In this document: positions 29,709 to 40,287 of the stretch, piece after piece
Layout of the letters: every line of letters begins with the position of its first letter
How positions within the stretch are numbered: position 1 is the first letter of the stretch
Notes under the pieces: model-generated
The model's input: only the letters and a program-made list of their open reading frames with translations
What the model was told of the DNA's origin: nothing
Database searches by the model: none
Made by a program: the position numbers and the translations under genes
Assembly (NCBI GenBank): GCA_963771465.1
Contig: CAVYTU010000017.1
Span: 96,001-160,000, forward strand
From: an uncultured delta proteobacterium
Lineage (GTDB): Bacteria > Desulfobacterota > Binatia > UBA9968
Direction: 5' to 3'
DNA length: 64,000 nucleotides

Positions 29709-30674
29709 ATGGAGAATCCAACCGCAACAGGGAAAGCGGATCGCCCGCATTTTGCGTTTCTCCACCACGTCAGCCTGCCTTGTCGGGATGTCGCGGAGTC
29801 GAAGAAGTTTTATATCGAAGTGTTAGGCGGAAAATTATTTCATGACACGCCCGGTTTCTCTGAAGTGCAGATCGCCGACATCATCATCGGCATGTCGGAA
29901 CAACCCGGCGGTTGGACGGGACACGACGATGAATATCCACATTACGGCGTGAACATCGACGGAGCGAATTTCGCATTGGCGAAACCCTGGCTCGATGGTT
30001 GTGCCGTGCCTAGTTACGCTTGGACGCGCAACTACAAAACCGCACTCTTATATTTTCGCGATCCGTCGGGAAATTTGATCGAACTTTACTGCGACAACGG
30101 TTACGAAGGAATCAAGCAGTTGGCCTTAGGACCGCGCCAAGGCGGTCAGCCGCTTCCTCTTGGCGCTCTCAATTATCGCTGGAGCGGCAAGGTTGGCGAG
30201 TCCGGATTGCCACGGCCGCGAGTAAAAAGTTTCGGTCATCTGAGCATGCCGGTGCGCGACATCAAGCAATCAAAACGATTCTTCGTCGAAGTGATGGGTG
30301 GTGAGCCGATGACGACGAGCGATCCGGAGACATTCACCGAGGTTCGCGTTGCCGGAGCGGTCGTCGGGCTGTCGACGCGCGGCGGCGTCTGGACCGGCCG
30401 CGATGCCGAGTATCCACATTACGCTTTTTTTGCTGATGCGGAAAGCTTTCTGCCGATGATCGACTGGTTAAAGGCGAATGGTGTGGTTACGCCGGGACCG
30501 TGGACGCGCGACGGCAAGAAAGGATTGATGTACTTCCGCGATCCGTCCGGCAATCTGTTCGAGATATACTGCGGCAAGGATATTCCCCAAGCGGCGAACT
30601 TTGCGCGCGGGGCGAAACAGGGCGGCTCTTACGTGACTGACTATGCCGGCTTGTTTTATGAATGGAACGGTTAA
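29709..30674 (+). CDS. Tandem-duplicated VOC family protein
   Basis: Two similar halves, each with H.S.P.RD, EYPHY, WTR and YFRDPSGNL.E.YC. Confidence 0.88.
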   Translation: MENPTATGKADRPHFAFLHHVSLPCRDVAESKKFYIEVLGGKLFHDTPGFSEVQIADIIIGMSEQPGGWTGHDDEYPHYGVNIDGANFALAKPWLDGCAVPSYAWTRNYKTALLYFRDPSGNLIELYCDNGYEGIKQLALGPRQGGQPLPLGALNYRWSGKVGESGLPRPRVKSFGHLSMPVRDIKQSKRFFVEVMGGEPMTTSDPETFTEVRVAGAVVGLSTRGGVWTGRDAEYPHYAFFADAESFLPMIDWLKANGVVTPGPWTRDGKKGLMYFRDPSGNLFEIYCGKDIPQAANFARGAKQGGSYVTDYAGLFYEWNG

Positions 30675-30752
30675 GCGCTATCGTTGGCAGTTGCCGGAGC
30701 ACGTGTGGACCACCTATTCGACTTTCGGTTTCTCGGCAAATTGCGATAGAGC

Positions 30753-31031
30753 TCAGAGCGGAACGACTTTCGGCATGAGTTTTAGAGGAGTTTGGGTCAA
30801 CCACCGCCGACGCCGTCGACGCGGCGGTAGTTTGAATTTCGCACCGCCTTCGATTACCACCAGACCTCTGGCGATCCGAACTCGGTATTTGCCCCTGAGC
30901 TGGAGCCATAATCGGTATAACATGAGCGATTGCTCCGGGCGCGAGTCGCTGTCGTGATAGGAGCCTAGTATGTTTTCCAACAGATCGACCAGTGCTTCGG
31001 CGTTGTATGTGGCTGAATAGATCGGCTTCAT
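30753..31031 (-). CDS. Hypothetical small Arg-rich protein
   Basis: 92-aa ATG ORF containing VIEGG and an RRRRRRW tail; no recognisable domain. Confidence 0.5.
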   Translation of the reverse strand: MKPIYSATYNAEALVDLLENILGSYHDSDSRPEQSLMLYRLWLQLRGKYRVRIARGLVVIEGGAKFKLPPRRRRRRWLTQTPLKLMPKVVPL

Positions 31032-31475
31032 GGCAAAGTCCTAGCGCAAAAGTCGTGCAACCGGTTAAGTGGCTGTTCTTTCTGCGACGGTCGAACTATC
31101 CGCCTGACAAAATGCGGCATTCTTAGTGACCGAGAACCGTTTCAGTGGGATTTAACGTCAACGAATTGCGCTCTACAGGCTGCACAACTTTGCGACAAGG
31201 TAAACGTTTTTGTCGAATTGGCTGACTGGTCATGTTGGCGGGCTTTTCGCCAAGGGGACGCCGGACAGAGTAAGTTTCTTGAAACTGATTGGATTGCCGT
31301 TTTCGACCAAGCGTTACAACGTTATTGCTTCCCTTTTCTCAGACGGGAGCTGTGATTCGATAGCAATCCTACCGCGATGAAATGGCATCGAGACCCGCCA
31401 CGCTAGATTGATGGAGGCTTACAAGCGACGCCATCCCGCAATATGAATTTAAAAAGTACCACGGAGGAACAGACG

Positions 31476-31937
31476 ATGGAGATTGAAAATAAACTCAGAG
31501 CGCTCGGTTACGAACTGCCCAATCCGCCGGCACCGGCGGCGAACTATATTGGCTATGTGCAGGTCGGTAATGTCCTCTATATCGGCGGCAACATCGGCCG
31601 GATCAACGGTGTGATCAAATACCGCGGTAAAGTCGGCGCTGAAATCAGCCTCGAACAGGCATACGATGCAGCGCGCAATTGCGCGCTCAATCACCTGGCG
31701 ATCATGAAAGCGGCACTCGGCGACCTGGATAAAGTCGAGCGCATCGTCAAAGTGCTTTCCTACATCAACGTTGCATCGGGATTCACGGAGTTGCCGAAGG
31801 TGGCGAACGGCGAGTCGGATTTGCTCGTGCAGTTATTCGGCGAGCGCGGCCGGCACACTCGCGCCGCCATCGGTGTAGCGTCGCTCAGCCAAGACGCGCC
31901 GGTGGAAAACGAAGTGACCGTGCAGGTAAAAGAATGA
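31476..31937 (+). CDS. RidA/YjgF family protein
   Basis: P.PAANY, VANGESDLL, HTRAAIGV; GGAGG RBS. Confidence 0.88.
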   Translation: MEIENKLRALGYELPNPPAPAANYIGYVQVGNVLYIGGNIGRINGVIKYRGKVGAEISLEQAYDAARNCALNHLAIMKAALGDLDKVERIVKVLSYINVASGFTELPKVANGESDLLVQLFGERGRHTRAAIGVASLSQDAPVENEVTVQVKE

Positions 31938-31989
31938 AACAGACCGAGATCGGTGTGTGATGAGCGACAAAATTTGGCCGATGGAGACA

Positions 31990-32316
31990 CTACCCGTCAG
32001 CGAGCAGGATTCGTTGCACGATCGACGCGGTGGTTAGTAGCACGGCGGCACTGAGAATTCCCGCACCGAAGGGCGCGAGGACCAAGAATTCAAGGTAGAT
32101 GACCGCAGAGGCTGCGAGAATCGTGCGCGCCAATTTAAGTCGCATGACCGGCGATACCAGACTATGCTTGGCGCTTTCGTACAGCATGCGCCAGTCGCGC
32201 TCGGTATAGAGCGGTTGGTTATTGCGGTAACGGCGAATATGCACGATTCTGATGCCGAGCCACATGACGAAAAAAAATACCGGTGCTTCCGAAAGGATGT
32301 ATCCCAGTTTTTCCAT
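31990..32316 (-). CDS. Hypothetical membrane protein
   Basis: Three hydrophobic segments. Confidence 0.55.
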   Translation of the reverse strand: MEKLGYILSEAPVFFFVMWLGIRIVHIRRYRNNQPLYTERDWRMLYESAKHSLVSPVMRLKLARTILAASAVIYLEFLVLAPFGAGILSAAVLLTTASIVQRILLADG

Positions 32317-32557
32317 GAGTTGTCTGCGTGAATCTCGCGAAAAAGATTCTTTCTCCCGTTATTCAGTGTTCAATGCCGGGATTCTTATAAGAACAAGTGA
32401 TCGTTGTCAAAGGCCGCAAATTGAGCCCGGCATAGGAAAATTTTACCTGATAACCTGAATAATTCTAGAAGCAACGGCGAAAAATTGAGCAATTATGGAT
32501 ATGCACCCGAATTTCGCGCGCAACTCACGAAACGGGTAACTCACTCAGCCATCTCTA

Positions 32558-33412
32558 TCAGCGCCGCTCCGGCGCAATGGCGCCGAGTTTTTCCAGCACC
32601 GCGGCCAGCGTCGGTCCCGGTTCCGTTTGATCCTTGAAACAGGCGAGCCGCTCGCTTACTTCCGCCGCGGCGTTGTGAAATCCGCTCGGCAAGCCGGCGG
32701 CATCGAAGGCCGCCGCGATCTCTCTCATCTCGCCGACATAACGCCACATCTTCGGCGCGACATTGGCGGCGGCGCGCTCGCATTTATTTTCCAGCGCCGG
32801 CTGTGAGGTGCGCCATTCTTTTAATAGCGCGTTGTCCACGCCTTCATGGGTGGCCAATGCGCGGATCGCGAGAATGAGCGCGTCGGTGCCTTTGGTCCAG
32901 GCAGCGTAGACGACTTTCAGTGCGGATGCTTCGCCGGGGGTGGCGCTGATAATGCGCGCGTCCAACATGCTAGCAGAAAATAGCGCGGCGATATCTTTGG
33001 ATTTTTCACCGGAGAGATACATTCTAGTGGTGCCGGCTTTTTTCACCGGCGAGCCGATGATGCCGCCGTCGACGAAGCTGGCACCGCCTTTGGTGACGAT
33101 CTTGCCGATCTCTTCAGCAGTGGCTCGCGACACGGCGTTGGCGTCGACGTAGATACCTTTAAACTTCTGCGCTGCGACTTGCGCCGCCATATCCGCGGCG
33201 AACTCCGGCGGACAGACCGACAGTACGATATCGCTTTGAGTGACGGCAGCGGCGAGATCCCCTGCATCGATCAGGCCTGCTTGCTCGGCGCGCTTGCGCG
33301 ACTCGCCGCTGCGCTCTGCCGATGCCCATAGCACGCGCGCGCCACTGGTTGCGGCGCAAGCGCCGATGGTTGAGCCCATTTTGCCGGGATGGAGCAATGC
33401 GATGATTTTCAT
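32558..33412 (-). CDS. NAD(P)-dependent 6PGDH-like oxidoreductase with DUF1932
   Basis: HPGKMG Rossmann motif, VDANAVS, VDGGIIG, KMWRYVGEMREIA. Confidence 0.85.
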   Translation of the reverse strand: MKIIALLHPGKMGSTIGACAATSGARVLWASAERSGESRKRAEQAGLIDAGDLAAAVTQSDIVLSVCPPEFAADMAAQVAAQKFKGIYVDANAVSRATAEEIGKIVTKGGASFVDGGIIGSPVKKAGTTRMYLSGEKSKDIAALFSASMLDARIISATPGEASALKVVYAAWTKGTDALILAIRALATHEGVDNALLKEWRTSQPALENKCERAAANVAPKMWRYVGEMREIAAAFDAAGLPSGFHNAAAEVSERLACFKDQTEPGPTLAAVLEKLGAIAPERR

Positions 33413-33515
33413 AATTGGTCTCTCCTTGGAATGAAGCTAATCGAGTTATGTATCGTTAGTCAATGATTGTGGCGCTTGCCTTGACGATCTGTCAGCACGC
33501 TGATATTTCACCTGC

Positions 33516-34619
33516 ATGATCTTACTGAGCAATGAAGAAATCGAGTCCTTTCTTTCGATCAACACCTGTATCGATGCCCTCGAAAAAGCTTACGCGAGTT
33601 GGGACAAGGGCACGGCGATCAATCGTCCGCGCACCGATCTGGTAATGCCGTCGGCGAGCGAAGCGGGCGTCTATGCGTTCAAGTCCATGGAAGCCGGGCT
33701 TTACGATCCGCCGATCGTCGCCATGCGGATCAACTCCGATATCATCCGGTGGAATCAGCAGGGTAATCGCACGATCAAAACTAAAATCCCCGCGGCGCCG
33801 GGCGACAAGTACGTCGGCTTGGTCATGTTGTTTTCGACGATCACCGGCGAGCCGCTGGCGATGTTTCCCGACGGTGTGGTGCAGCGCATGCGCGTGGCGT
33901 CGAGCAGCGCGCTGGCTGCGCGTTACTTGGCGCGCGCGGACGCCAGCACCATGGCGCTCTTTGGTTCCGGATGGCAGGCAGGCAGCCACTTGCCGGCGAT
34001 GTGCGCGGTCAGAGCACTGAAGCGCGTCAACGTTTTCAGCCCGACTAAAGCGAACCGCGAAGCGTTTGTTAAAGAGATGCAGGCAAAAGTGACAGCCGAA
34101 GTGCGCGCGGTGGATTCGCCGGAAGAGGCGATACGCGGCGCCGACATCATCGCCGCGACGACCAACTCGCTCAGCCGCGTGGTCAGCGCCGACTGGGTCA
34201 AGCCGGGATTGCATTTGACCTGTGTGCGCGTTCCGGAGCTGGGTGATGATACGATCCGCAAAGTCGATCGTTTGGTGATTCACGCACACCAACACGCGCC
34301 GTTGAACTTTGTCGCCGGCTACGGCGAGGAAGGCATCGCCGCCCACGATGCGATCGACATTATCAAAAAAGGTCCGGTCCATGCCCATGAAGTCAATGTC
34401 GAGCATCCATTTTGGCTGAGCGCGCCCGATCTCAAAGATCTAGTGACCGGCAAGGCTGAGGGCCGCGTTAATGTGCAGGAATCGACTTGCTTCCTCAATA
34501 ACATCGGCATCGGCCTCCAATTCGCCGCCGTGGGCGCCGCGGTCTACAGCGAAGCCAAAGCTAAAGGCGTGGGTCGTGAATTGCCGACGGACTGGTTCTT
34601 AGAGAGCGTCCATCCTTAG
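33516..34619 (+). CDS. Ornithine cyclodeaminase/mu-crystallin family protein
   Basis: PR, KSM, RV..SSALAARYLAR, FGSGWQA, GIGLQ.AA. Confidence 0.88.
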   Translation: MILLSNEEIESFLSINTCIDALEKAYASWDKGTAINRPRTDLVMPSASEAGVYAFKSMEAGLYDPPIVAMRINSDIIRWNQQGNRTIKTKIPAAPGDKYVGLVMLFSTITGEPLAMFPDGVVQRMRVASSSALAARYLARADASTMALFGSGWQAGSHLPAMCAVRALKRVNVFSPTKANREAFVKEMQAKVTAEVRAVDSPEEAIRGADIIAATTNSLSRVVSADWVKPGLHLTCVRVPELGDDTIRKVDRLVIHAHQHAPLNFVAGYGEEGIAAHDAIDIIKKGPVHAHEVNVEHPFWLSAPDLKDLVTGKAEGRVNVQESTCFLNNIGIGLQFAAVGAAVYSEAKAKGVGRELPTDWFLESVHP

Positions 34620-34717
34620 AGCCGGCAGTGACGATACTTTTGAATTTCTAACTCTCGAGTTGAGACTACTGATCGGTTTGAGTCGGCTCTCGGCGCAGCG
34701 AATTCACAATATCCACC

Positions 34718-35740
34718 GTGATCAATCAGCGCACTTACGCAGCGGCAGAGTTGGCCGCGCTGGCACTACTTTTTGCTGCGAGTTTTTGGGACCAGATTCA
34801 CGTCGGTGTCGATGGCTGGGTGATCGTCGCAACGTGGTTGTTTGTTTTGATCTTGCCGATTTCAGCGTTGCTCAGAAAACACGACTGGAAAGAATCTGGA
34901 TTCTGTCTCGATAACTTTGTTTCTGGTCTGCCTTTCACCGGCATCATCGTTGTCGTATCTGTTGCGGTGTTACTCGACATCGCAGCGCTTGTTGGAGTAT
35001 CTATTCAGACACCCACCGCGGCCAGCACCTTTCGATCGATCTCCTGGGGCTTGGTGCAGGAAGCGCTGCTGCTGGAATATTTTTTCAACGCTGGCGCGCT
35101 TTGCTGCAGAATACATGGCTTGCGGCTGCCGCCAACAGCTTGGTTTTCGGATTGTTTCATGCCCCGGAAATTGCGCTTGTCGCCGTCGCGTCGTTCGGCA
35201 GCTTTTTTTTCAATTGCCTGTTTCTCCGCAATCCGAATGTCTTCCTGATCGGCATCGCCCATGGTGTGTTTTCGATCGTGGCGCTGCCGCTCATGATTGG
35301 AACCGGTGTGATGGCGACGGGACGAATCGGGTCGGCGGAGTTGGCGCCGCTAGCGCAACGGGTCGCGAGCGAGTGGTGCGACGGCGATCGCCTCGGCATT
35401 TGTTCTCGTGTACTCTTTGAAGATCAGCTCCAATCACCTTTTGCCAAAGTGATCGAGCGGGTTTTACGGGGCAAACGCGAAACAGCGGCGATTCAAGACG
35501 CTTTGTCGCGCTATTTCGCCAGCGACCGGCGCGTTCTTCTGCCTGATCACGGAGCGTGAAGTGTCGCGTTACCGAACGGCGACGAGCGATCAAAGTATGA
35601 TGGTGTTGCAAGATTGGTATATTTGGCAGCGTTGGCGCAACCGACCTCATATGCGGAAGGGGGACTTGCTGATCGGTTTGTTTCGCGATCGCGGGTTGCT
35701 GCTGTCCAACAAGGCCGCGCCGAAAAAAATTAAGACTTAA
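34718..35740 (+). pseudogene. CPBP (CAAX/Abi) intramembrane metalloprotease with two frameshifts
   Basis: QE...YFF, FGLFH, GIAHG motifs. Frames join at the T-run 35080-35085 (QRWRALLQN) and near 35535 (FCLITERE...), ending at TAA 35740. Confidence 0.65.
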
Positions 35741-35819
35741 TAAAATCCGCATTGACTACGCCAGCCAATCGCGGTAGCCGTTACTGAATCTTAGAACCGT
35801 GTTGAAAGGAGAATCTTTT

Positions 35820-36473
35820 ATGGCAGTTCGAATCAACGACGTGGCGCCGGATTTTTCGGCGGAAACGAGCGAAGGCAAAATTAATTTCCATGAATGGATC
35901 GGCGATGGCTGGGCGATTCTATTCTCGCATCCGAAGGATTTTACGCCGGTCTGCACCACCGAGCTCGGTTACATGGCGAGCCTCAAGCCCGAGTTTGAAA
36001 GGCGCAACTGCAAGGTGATCGGTCTCAGCGGCGATCCTGTAAGTGATCATACGGCGTGGGCCAAAGACATCCAGGAGACCCAGGGGCATGCGCCGAACTA
36101 CCCGATCATCGGCGATGCAGATCTCAATGTCGCCAAGCTTTACGACATGCTGCCCGCCAGCGAGACCCCTGGCAAACGCACCGCGGCGGACAACCAGACC
36201 GTGCGCTCGGTGTTCGTCATCGGCCCCGACAAAAAGGTGAAGGCGATGCTCGTCTACCCGATGACAACGGGGCGCAACTTCGACGAAGTGCTGCGCCTGC
36301 TCGATTCGATTCAGGTCACCGCTAAACATTCGGTGGCGACGCCGGTCAACTGGAAGCCGGGCCAGGACGTCATCATCCCTACATCGGTCTCCGACGACGA
36401 CGCGAAGAAAAAATACCCGCAAGGTTTTAAAACGCTCAAGCCTTACCTGCGGGTCGTGTCGCAACCGAAGTAA
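35820..36473 (+). CDS. 1-Cys peroxiredoxin (Prx6)
   Basis: FSHPKDFTPVCTTE, YP.TTGRNFDE, TPVNW. Confidence 0.95.
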   Translation: MAVRINDVAPDFSAETSEGKINFHEWIGDGWAILFSHPKDFTPVCTTELGYMASLKPEFERRNCKVIGLSGDPVSDHTAWAKDIQETQGHAPNYPIIGDADLNVAKLYDMLPASETPGKRTAADNQTVRSVFVIGPDKKVKAMLVYPMTTGRNFDEVLRLLDSIQVTAKHSVATPVNWKPGQDVIIPTSVSDDDAKKKYPQGFKTLKPYLRVVSQPK

Positions 36474-36570
36474 GCGCCGCTTTCCATCATTAGCCAGATT
36501 GCAAAGGCGAGGGTTGCTTGGCGCATGTGCCGAAGCCCTCGCCTTTGTGTTTCGCGCTTGGCTCATTGCG

Positions 36571-37554
36571 CTATGGCAAATAGCCACGCTCGTGCCAAAA
36601 AGATTGCGCCGCAGGATGGAGCGGAACTTCGAGATGCCCTTCGGCAGTATCGGTTACGATTTGCCGCATGGGCAGTGGCTCGTCCTTGGCCCAGGGAATC
36701 CGCTCTTTGCTCTCGTCCAGGGCGCGGCAGAAATCTCTCACTAGCGCATCGGGCGTCGAGGCAATGGTGTAGATCGGCCAGCCGCTGAAGTCGAGCGTCG
36801 GAACATCGGCAGACAGTTTCGGGAAGCTGGATTTTTCAATTAAGCCGCGGCGCAGGCCGACCGAATCCAGACGCGGCAAAATCGTTTCATCCAGCGCGAG
36901 AAACGTCATGCCTAAATCTAAGGCCATGTTGCCCCAAGCGCTGGCGCCTTCGTCAAAGATCGCGTCGATCTCACCGCGCTGCACCGCGCCGATGCGATTG
37001 TCGCCATAGGGCATGCCGGCGTCGTAGCGTACTTCGCCGCCCCAGGCGGCGATGTCGGCGAGGCTGAAACCAGCGGCGGCGCAGACGTGATCGATAATAA
37101 CTTGTAGCGAGTGATCCGGTTGGCCGCGCAGCGATAACTTTAGGGGAAACTTGCGATTGCGGATATCGGTGATCGATTTCAAGCCGGTTGCTTGTCTGAC
37201 GGCGAAAACCATTTGATCTAGCGCCGGCAAGACGGCGACGATTCGCAGCGGTGTCGGTTTTTCGAACGGCGCGCTGCCCAAAGCGGCAAGTTTGAGCATC
37301 ATTCCCGGATTGATCATGGCGAATTGAACCTTGCCGGCGGCGACTTCGTGGATGGTCGCCGGACTGTCGCTGCCGAAGAGCGTCAGCGGCCAGTCCTCCG
37401 ATCCTTGCTCACGCAGGCTGATGCGGGCTTGAAGCAAATCCCAATCGCGCCGGTTGACCAGCGCCGAGGCGATCTCAAGCATCAAGCGCGAGCGTGTCGT
37501 GTGCGGATGGGTGCGCATGCGCGTGGGTTTAAGCGGAAAATCTCCATCATTCAT
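36571..37554 (-). CDS. TAXI-like solute-binding fold protein without a signal peptide
   Basis: DAIFDEG, TLDFSGWP, VPLHPAA; paralog of 49963..50985. Confidence 0.7.
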   Translation of the reverse strand: MNDGDFPLKPTRMRTHPHTTRSRLMLEIASALVNRRDWDLLQARISLREQGSEDWPLTLFGSDSPATIHEVAAGKVQFAMINPGMMLKLAALGSAPFEKPTPLRIVAVLPALDQMVFAVRQATGLKSITDIRNRKFPLKLSLRGQPDHSLQVIIDHVCAAAGFSLADIAAWGGEVRYDAGMPYGDNRIGAVQRGEIDAIFDEGASAWGNMALDLGMTFLALDETILPRLDSVGLRRGLIEKSSFPKLSADVPTLDFSGWPIYTIASTPDALVRDFCRALDESKERIPWAKDEPLPMRQIVTDTAEGHLEVPLHPAAQSFWHERGYLP

Positions 37555-37563
37555 AAATCAGCC

Positions 37564-38535
37564 CTACTTAGCTTTGATTTCGCGATAGACTTCTCGCACC
37601 AAGGTGAAATCTGCGACCCGCGACGACGGCACGGTTTGTTTGCTGTTCGAGACTTTCAAGCTTTCATCGATGCCTGCTTGCAGTGCTTGGTCCGAAGCCA
37701 TACCGTTCTCCGACCAAGTTTTTATCGTCGAGTCGAAAGCCTTCTCGGCGACGTCTCGTTCGAGTTTCCACCTCGACATGATCAGGGCGATCGAATCATT
37801 GCGTTGCGCGCGCGCATGCGCCATGCCTCTGAACGCCACCGCGATCATTTTCTTGATCTGATCGGGGCGCTCCTGCAGCCAGCGCTCGGAGACGCCGAAG
37901 CCGCCGTTAATGCTCTCCAAGTATCCCCCATGAAGGCCAGCTTCCTAGCCCAACGTTCGCGTGATATCGACCGGGCGTTAACGTGGTCGCGTCCACGAGC
38001 CGCTCGAGCCGAGGCGGTCGGGCGTGTTGCCGATGACCCGCAGCGTTATTTCCTTTTCGACGTCGATGCCGGCGTCTTTGAGCAGGCGGCGGGATAAGAA
38101 AGATTCTCCAGAGGTGAGCGTCGCCACACCGAGGACTTTGCCTTTAAGTTCTTTGATCGAGCGAATGTCCGGCTTGGACATGAGCGAAAAGAGCGGCCGA
38201 TCGTTGTAGACCATGACTAGCTTCACCGGCAAACCGCGCACCGCGGCATTGAGCGTAGTGCCGGCGAAGATTACGTACTGTATGTCGCCGGATATCAGCG
38301 CCGTGACGGCAATTGTCGGTGGGATATTGATCAACTCAACATCCAACCCGGCTTGTTCGAAAAAGCGATTCTCTTTGGCGACGATCAGCGGAAAGGGGAT
38401 AAGGCCGCCGACCGAGTAGCCGATGCGCACGCGCTCGAGGTCGCGAGTAGCGGCGTCGGCGAGGGCCATAGCGCAGAGGATGACTAGGATTGCGATGACT
38501 GATCGGACCGATCCTATCTTGAGAAAGCGTTTCAT
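37564..38535 (-). pseudogene. NMT1/SsuA-type ABC substrate-binding protein, frame-disrupted at about 37920-38015
   Basis: N-half has a signal peptide, GLDVELI and LKGKVLGV; C-half begins ESINGG; the linker carries several indels. Confidence 0.7.
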
Positions 38536-38536
38536 C

Positions 38537-39250
38537 TTACGGCCACCGGTTGCGGTTTTGTGGGCGCTTGGCCCAGTAGTCTTCGAACGCTCTTTGTCCG
38601 GCGCGCTCGTAGACGCGGCGGTGCGTCGCTTGATCAGCTTCATGGGCGATCACGCGTTCGGAGTATTGCAGATGCAGCACGCGACCCTCGGCAGCGGCTT
38701 TTTCCGCGGCAATGATATCTTCCAAGAACTGGCGCAGCTCGGTGGGATTGGCCATGTTGCTGCGGAAGATTAGCCGGCCATCTTTGTGGATGACGAACAG
38801 CGCATTGGGCCATAAACCATAAGCACGATGAATGCGGCCGTCGAGAGGGTCGACGAGGATCGGTAAACGCACATCTTCTAACCGCTGCAAGTCGCGTGCG
38901 TAGGCGAGCTTCTGTTCGAAGCTCGTGTGCGCGCTATAATTCTCCGCCGGATGGGATTCCCGGGTATAGAGGAGAAAGAAAGCAAATGCTTTATCGGCGA
39001 AGTCATCTTGCAGCCGATTGAGCGCTGGGACTTCAAATGCGCACATCGGGCTGGTGACAGCGCCGGTCATCATGACAACATGGCGCTGACCGCGAAAATC
39101 GCCGAGCCGGACGAGTTTGCCATTCAGCGTTGTGGCTTCGAATTCCGGCGCCGGCACGCCAACTTTCGCAGCCATCGTCTCGCCGGGATTGTTCAAGCTT
39201 GCGCCAACGGCGAACTCTTCTGAATTATAAGCGCGTTCCTGCTCGTTCAT
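38537..39250 (-). CDS. Iodothyronine deiodinase-like thioredoxin-fold protein
   Basis: APEF.ATTL.G, GAVTSPMC, YTRESHP, VDPLDG..H..YG..PN. Confidence 0.75.
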   Translation of the reverse strand: MNEQERAYNSEEFAVGASLNNPGETMAAKVGVPAPEFEATTLNGKLVRLGDFRGQRHVVMMTGAVTSPMCAFEVPALNRLQDDFADKAFAFFLLYTRESHPAENYSAHTSFEQKLAYARDLQRLEDVRLPILVDPLDGRIHRAYGLWPNALFVIHKDGRLIFRSNMANPTELRQFLEDIIAAEKAAAEGRVLHLQYSERVIAHEADQATHRRVYERAGQRAFEDYWAKRPQNRNRWP

Positions 39251-39258
39251 TGTCGTTA

Positions 39259-40276
39259 TTAGCGGCTTTGCTCGCGATAAACGCCGATGGCTTCATGCAG
39301 CGGCCGGTTCGGTGGTGGAGAAAAGCAGCGCGGGTTTGCTCTTGGAATTCTTATGCCGGTGCCAGCTCCAGTTGGGCACGACAAAAAAATCGCCGGCGTC
39401 CCATTCCAACTTTTGGCCTTCGACTTCGCTAACGCCGCTGCCTTCGACCGCGTAGTAGAGCTGGCTCGACGTGTGGCGGTGCTCGGCGGTTTCTTTATTA
39501 CCATCAAGCATTTGTATCCAGCACGAAAACGTCGGAAACGTGGCGCCGCCAGTCACCGGATTGCGATACTCCAAACATTTGCCGTCGAAAGGGCTTTCAC
39601 TTTCGGCGAGCATTTCCTCGAGAGCTCGGCGCGTGTCGGACCCTTTGTAGACGAGTGATTTTAACGCCTGGCCCGGTGGCGCGAGCAGCCCAGGGTTCCG
39701 CTTGGTCGTGTCAACCGGGCTGTTGTAGAGCCGGACATCTTCGCCGGGATGCGGTTCCTGAAACATGGTGCGCAGCATGCGCATCAAGCCGGAGTCGAGG
39801 CCGTCGATCCAGATCGCGTCGCGCTCCGATTCGTTGATTTGATTATGCCAACCCCAACTCGGCTGGATCACCAGATCGCCGCGTTCCATGACGCATTTCT
39901 CGCCGTTGGTGATGATGTAGACTTTCTCGCCGCCGTCGATGACGAAGCGCATGGCGGCATTGGTGTGTCGATGGGAATAGACGGCTTCGCCGGCTTTGAC
40001 CAGCTGCACGGCCAGATTCAACGTGTGGCTGGTGCTCTCGTTCATATCGGGATGCACCAGGCTAATCGCCCGGCGCGCGCCTTTGTAGTTGGTCGTGATA
40101 AGTTCGCCGGCGGCTTCGAGACCGGCGCGAATCTTCGCCCATTTCCAAAGGATCGGTTTTCCGAAGGGCGCCGGCTCGCGGCGGATCGATTCCTCGCGCA
40201 CCCACAGCCCGCGCAGGTGGTCTTTCGCTAGCTCGGCGTCGAGGTTTTTTAGGTCGTTGGTTTGCGTTGGGGTCAC
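39259..40276 (-). CDS. Gentisate 1,2-dioxygenase-like bicupin (C-terminal frameshift near 39310)
   Basis: HRHT..AMRF, WGWH, HRHTSS, VPNWSWHRH; the natural-looking tail RPLHEAIGVYRE lies in a shifted frame. Confidence 0.82.
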
Positions 40277-40287
40277 GATTCACTCCT

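Noticed and set aside
28688-35740. AAA ATPase and Abi/CPBP protein as a defence system
   Set aside because: They lie 5 kb apart with no nuclease partner, and CPBP proteins are not abortive-infection factors by default.
39030-39070. Selenocysteine in the deiodinase-like protein
   Set aside because: The codon at the equivalent position is AGC (Ser); there is no in-frame TGA.
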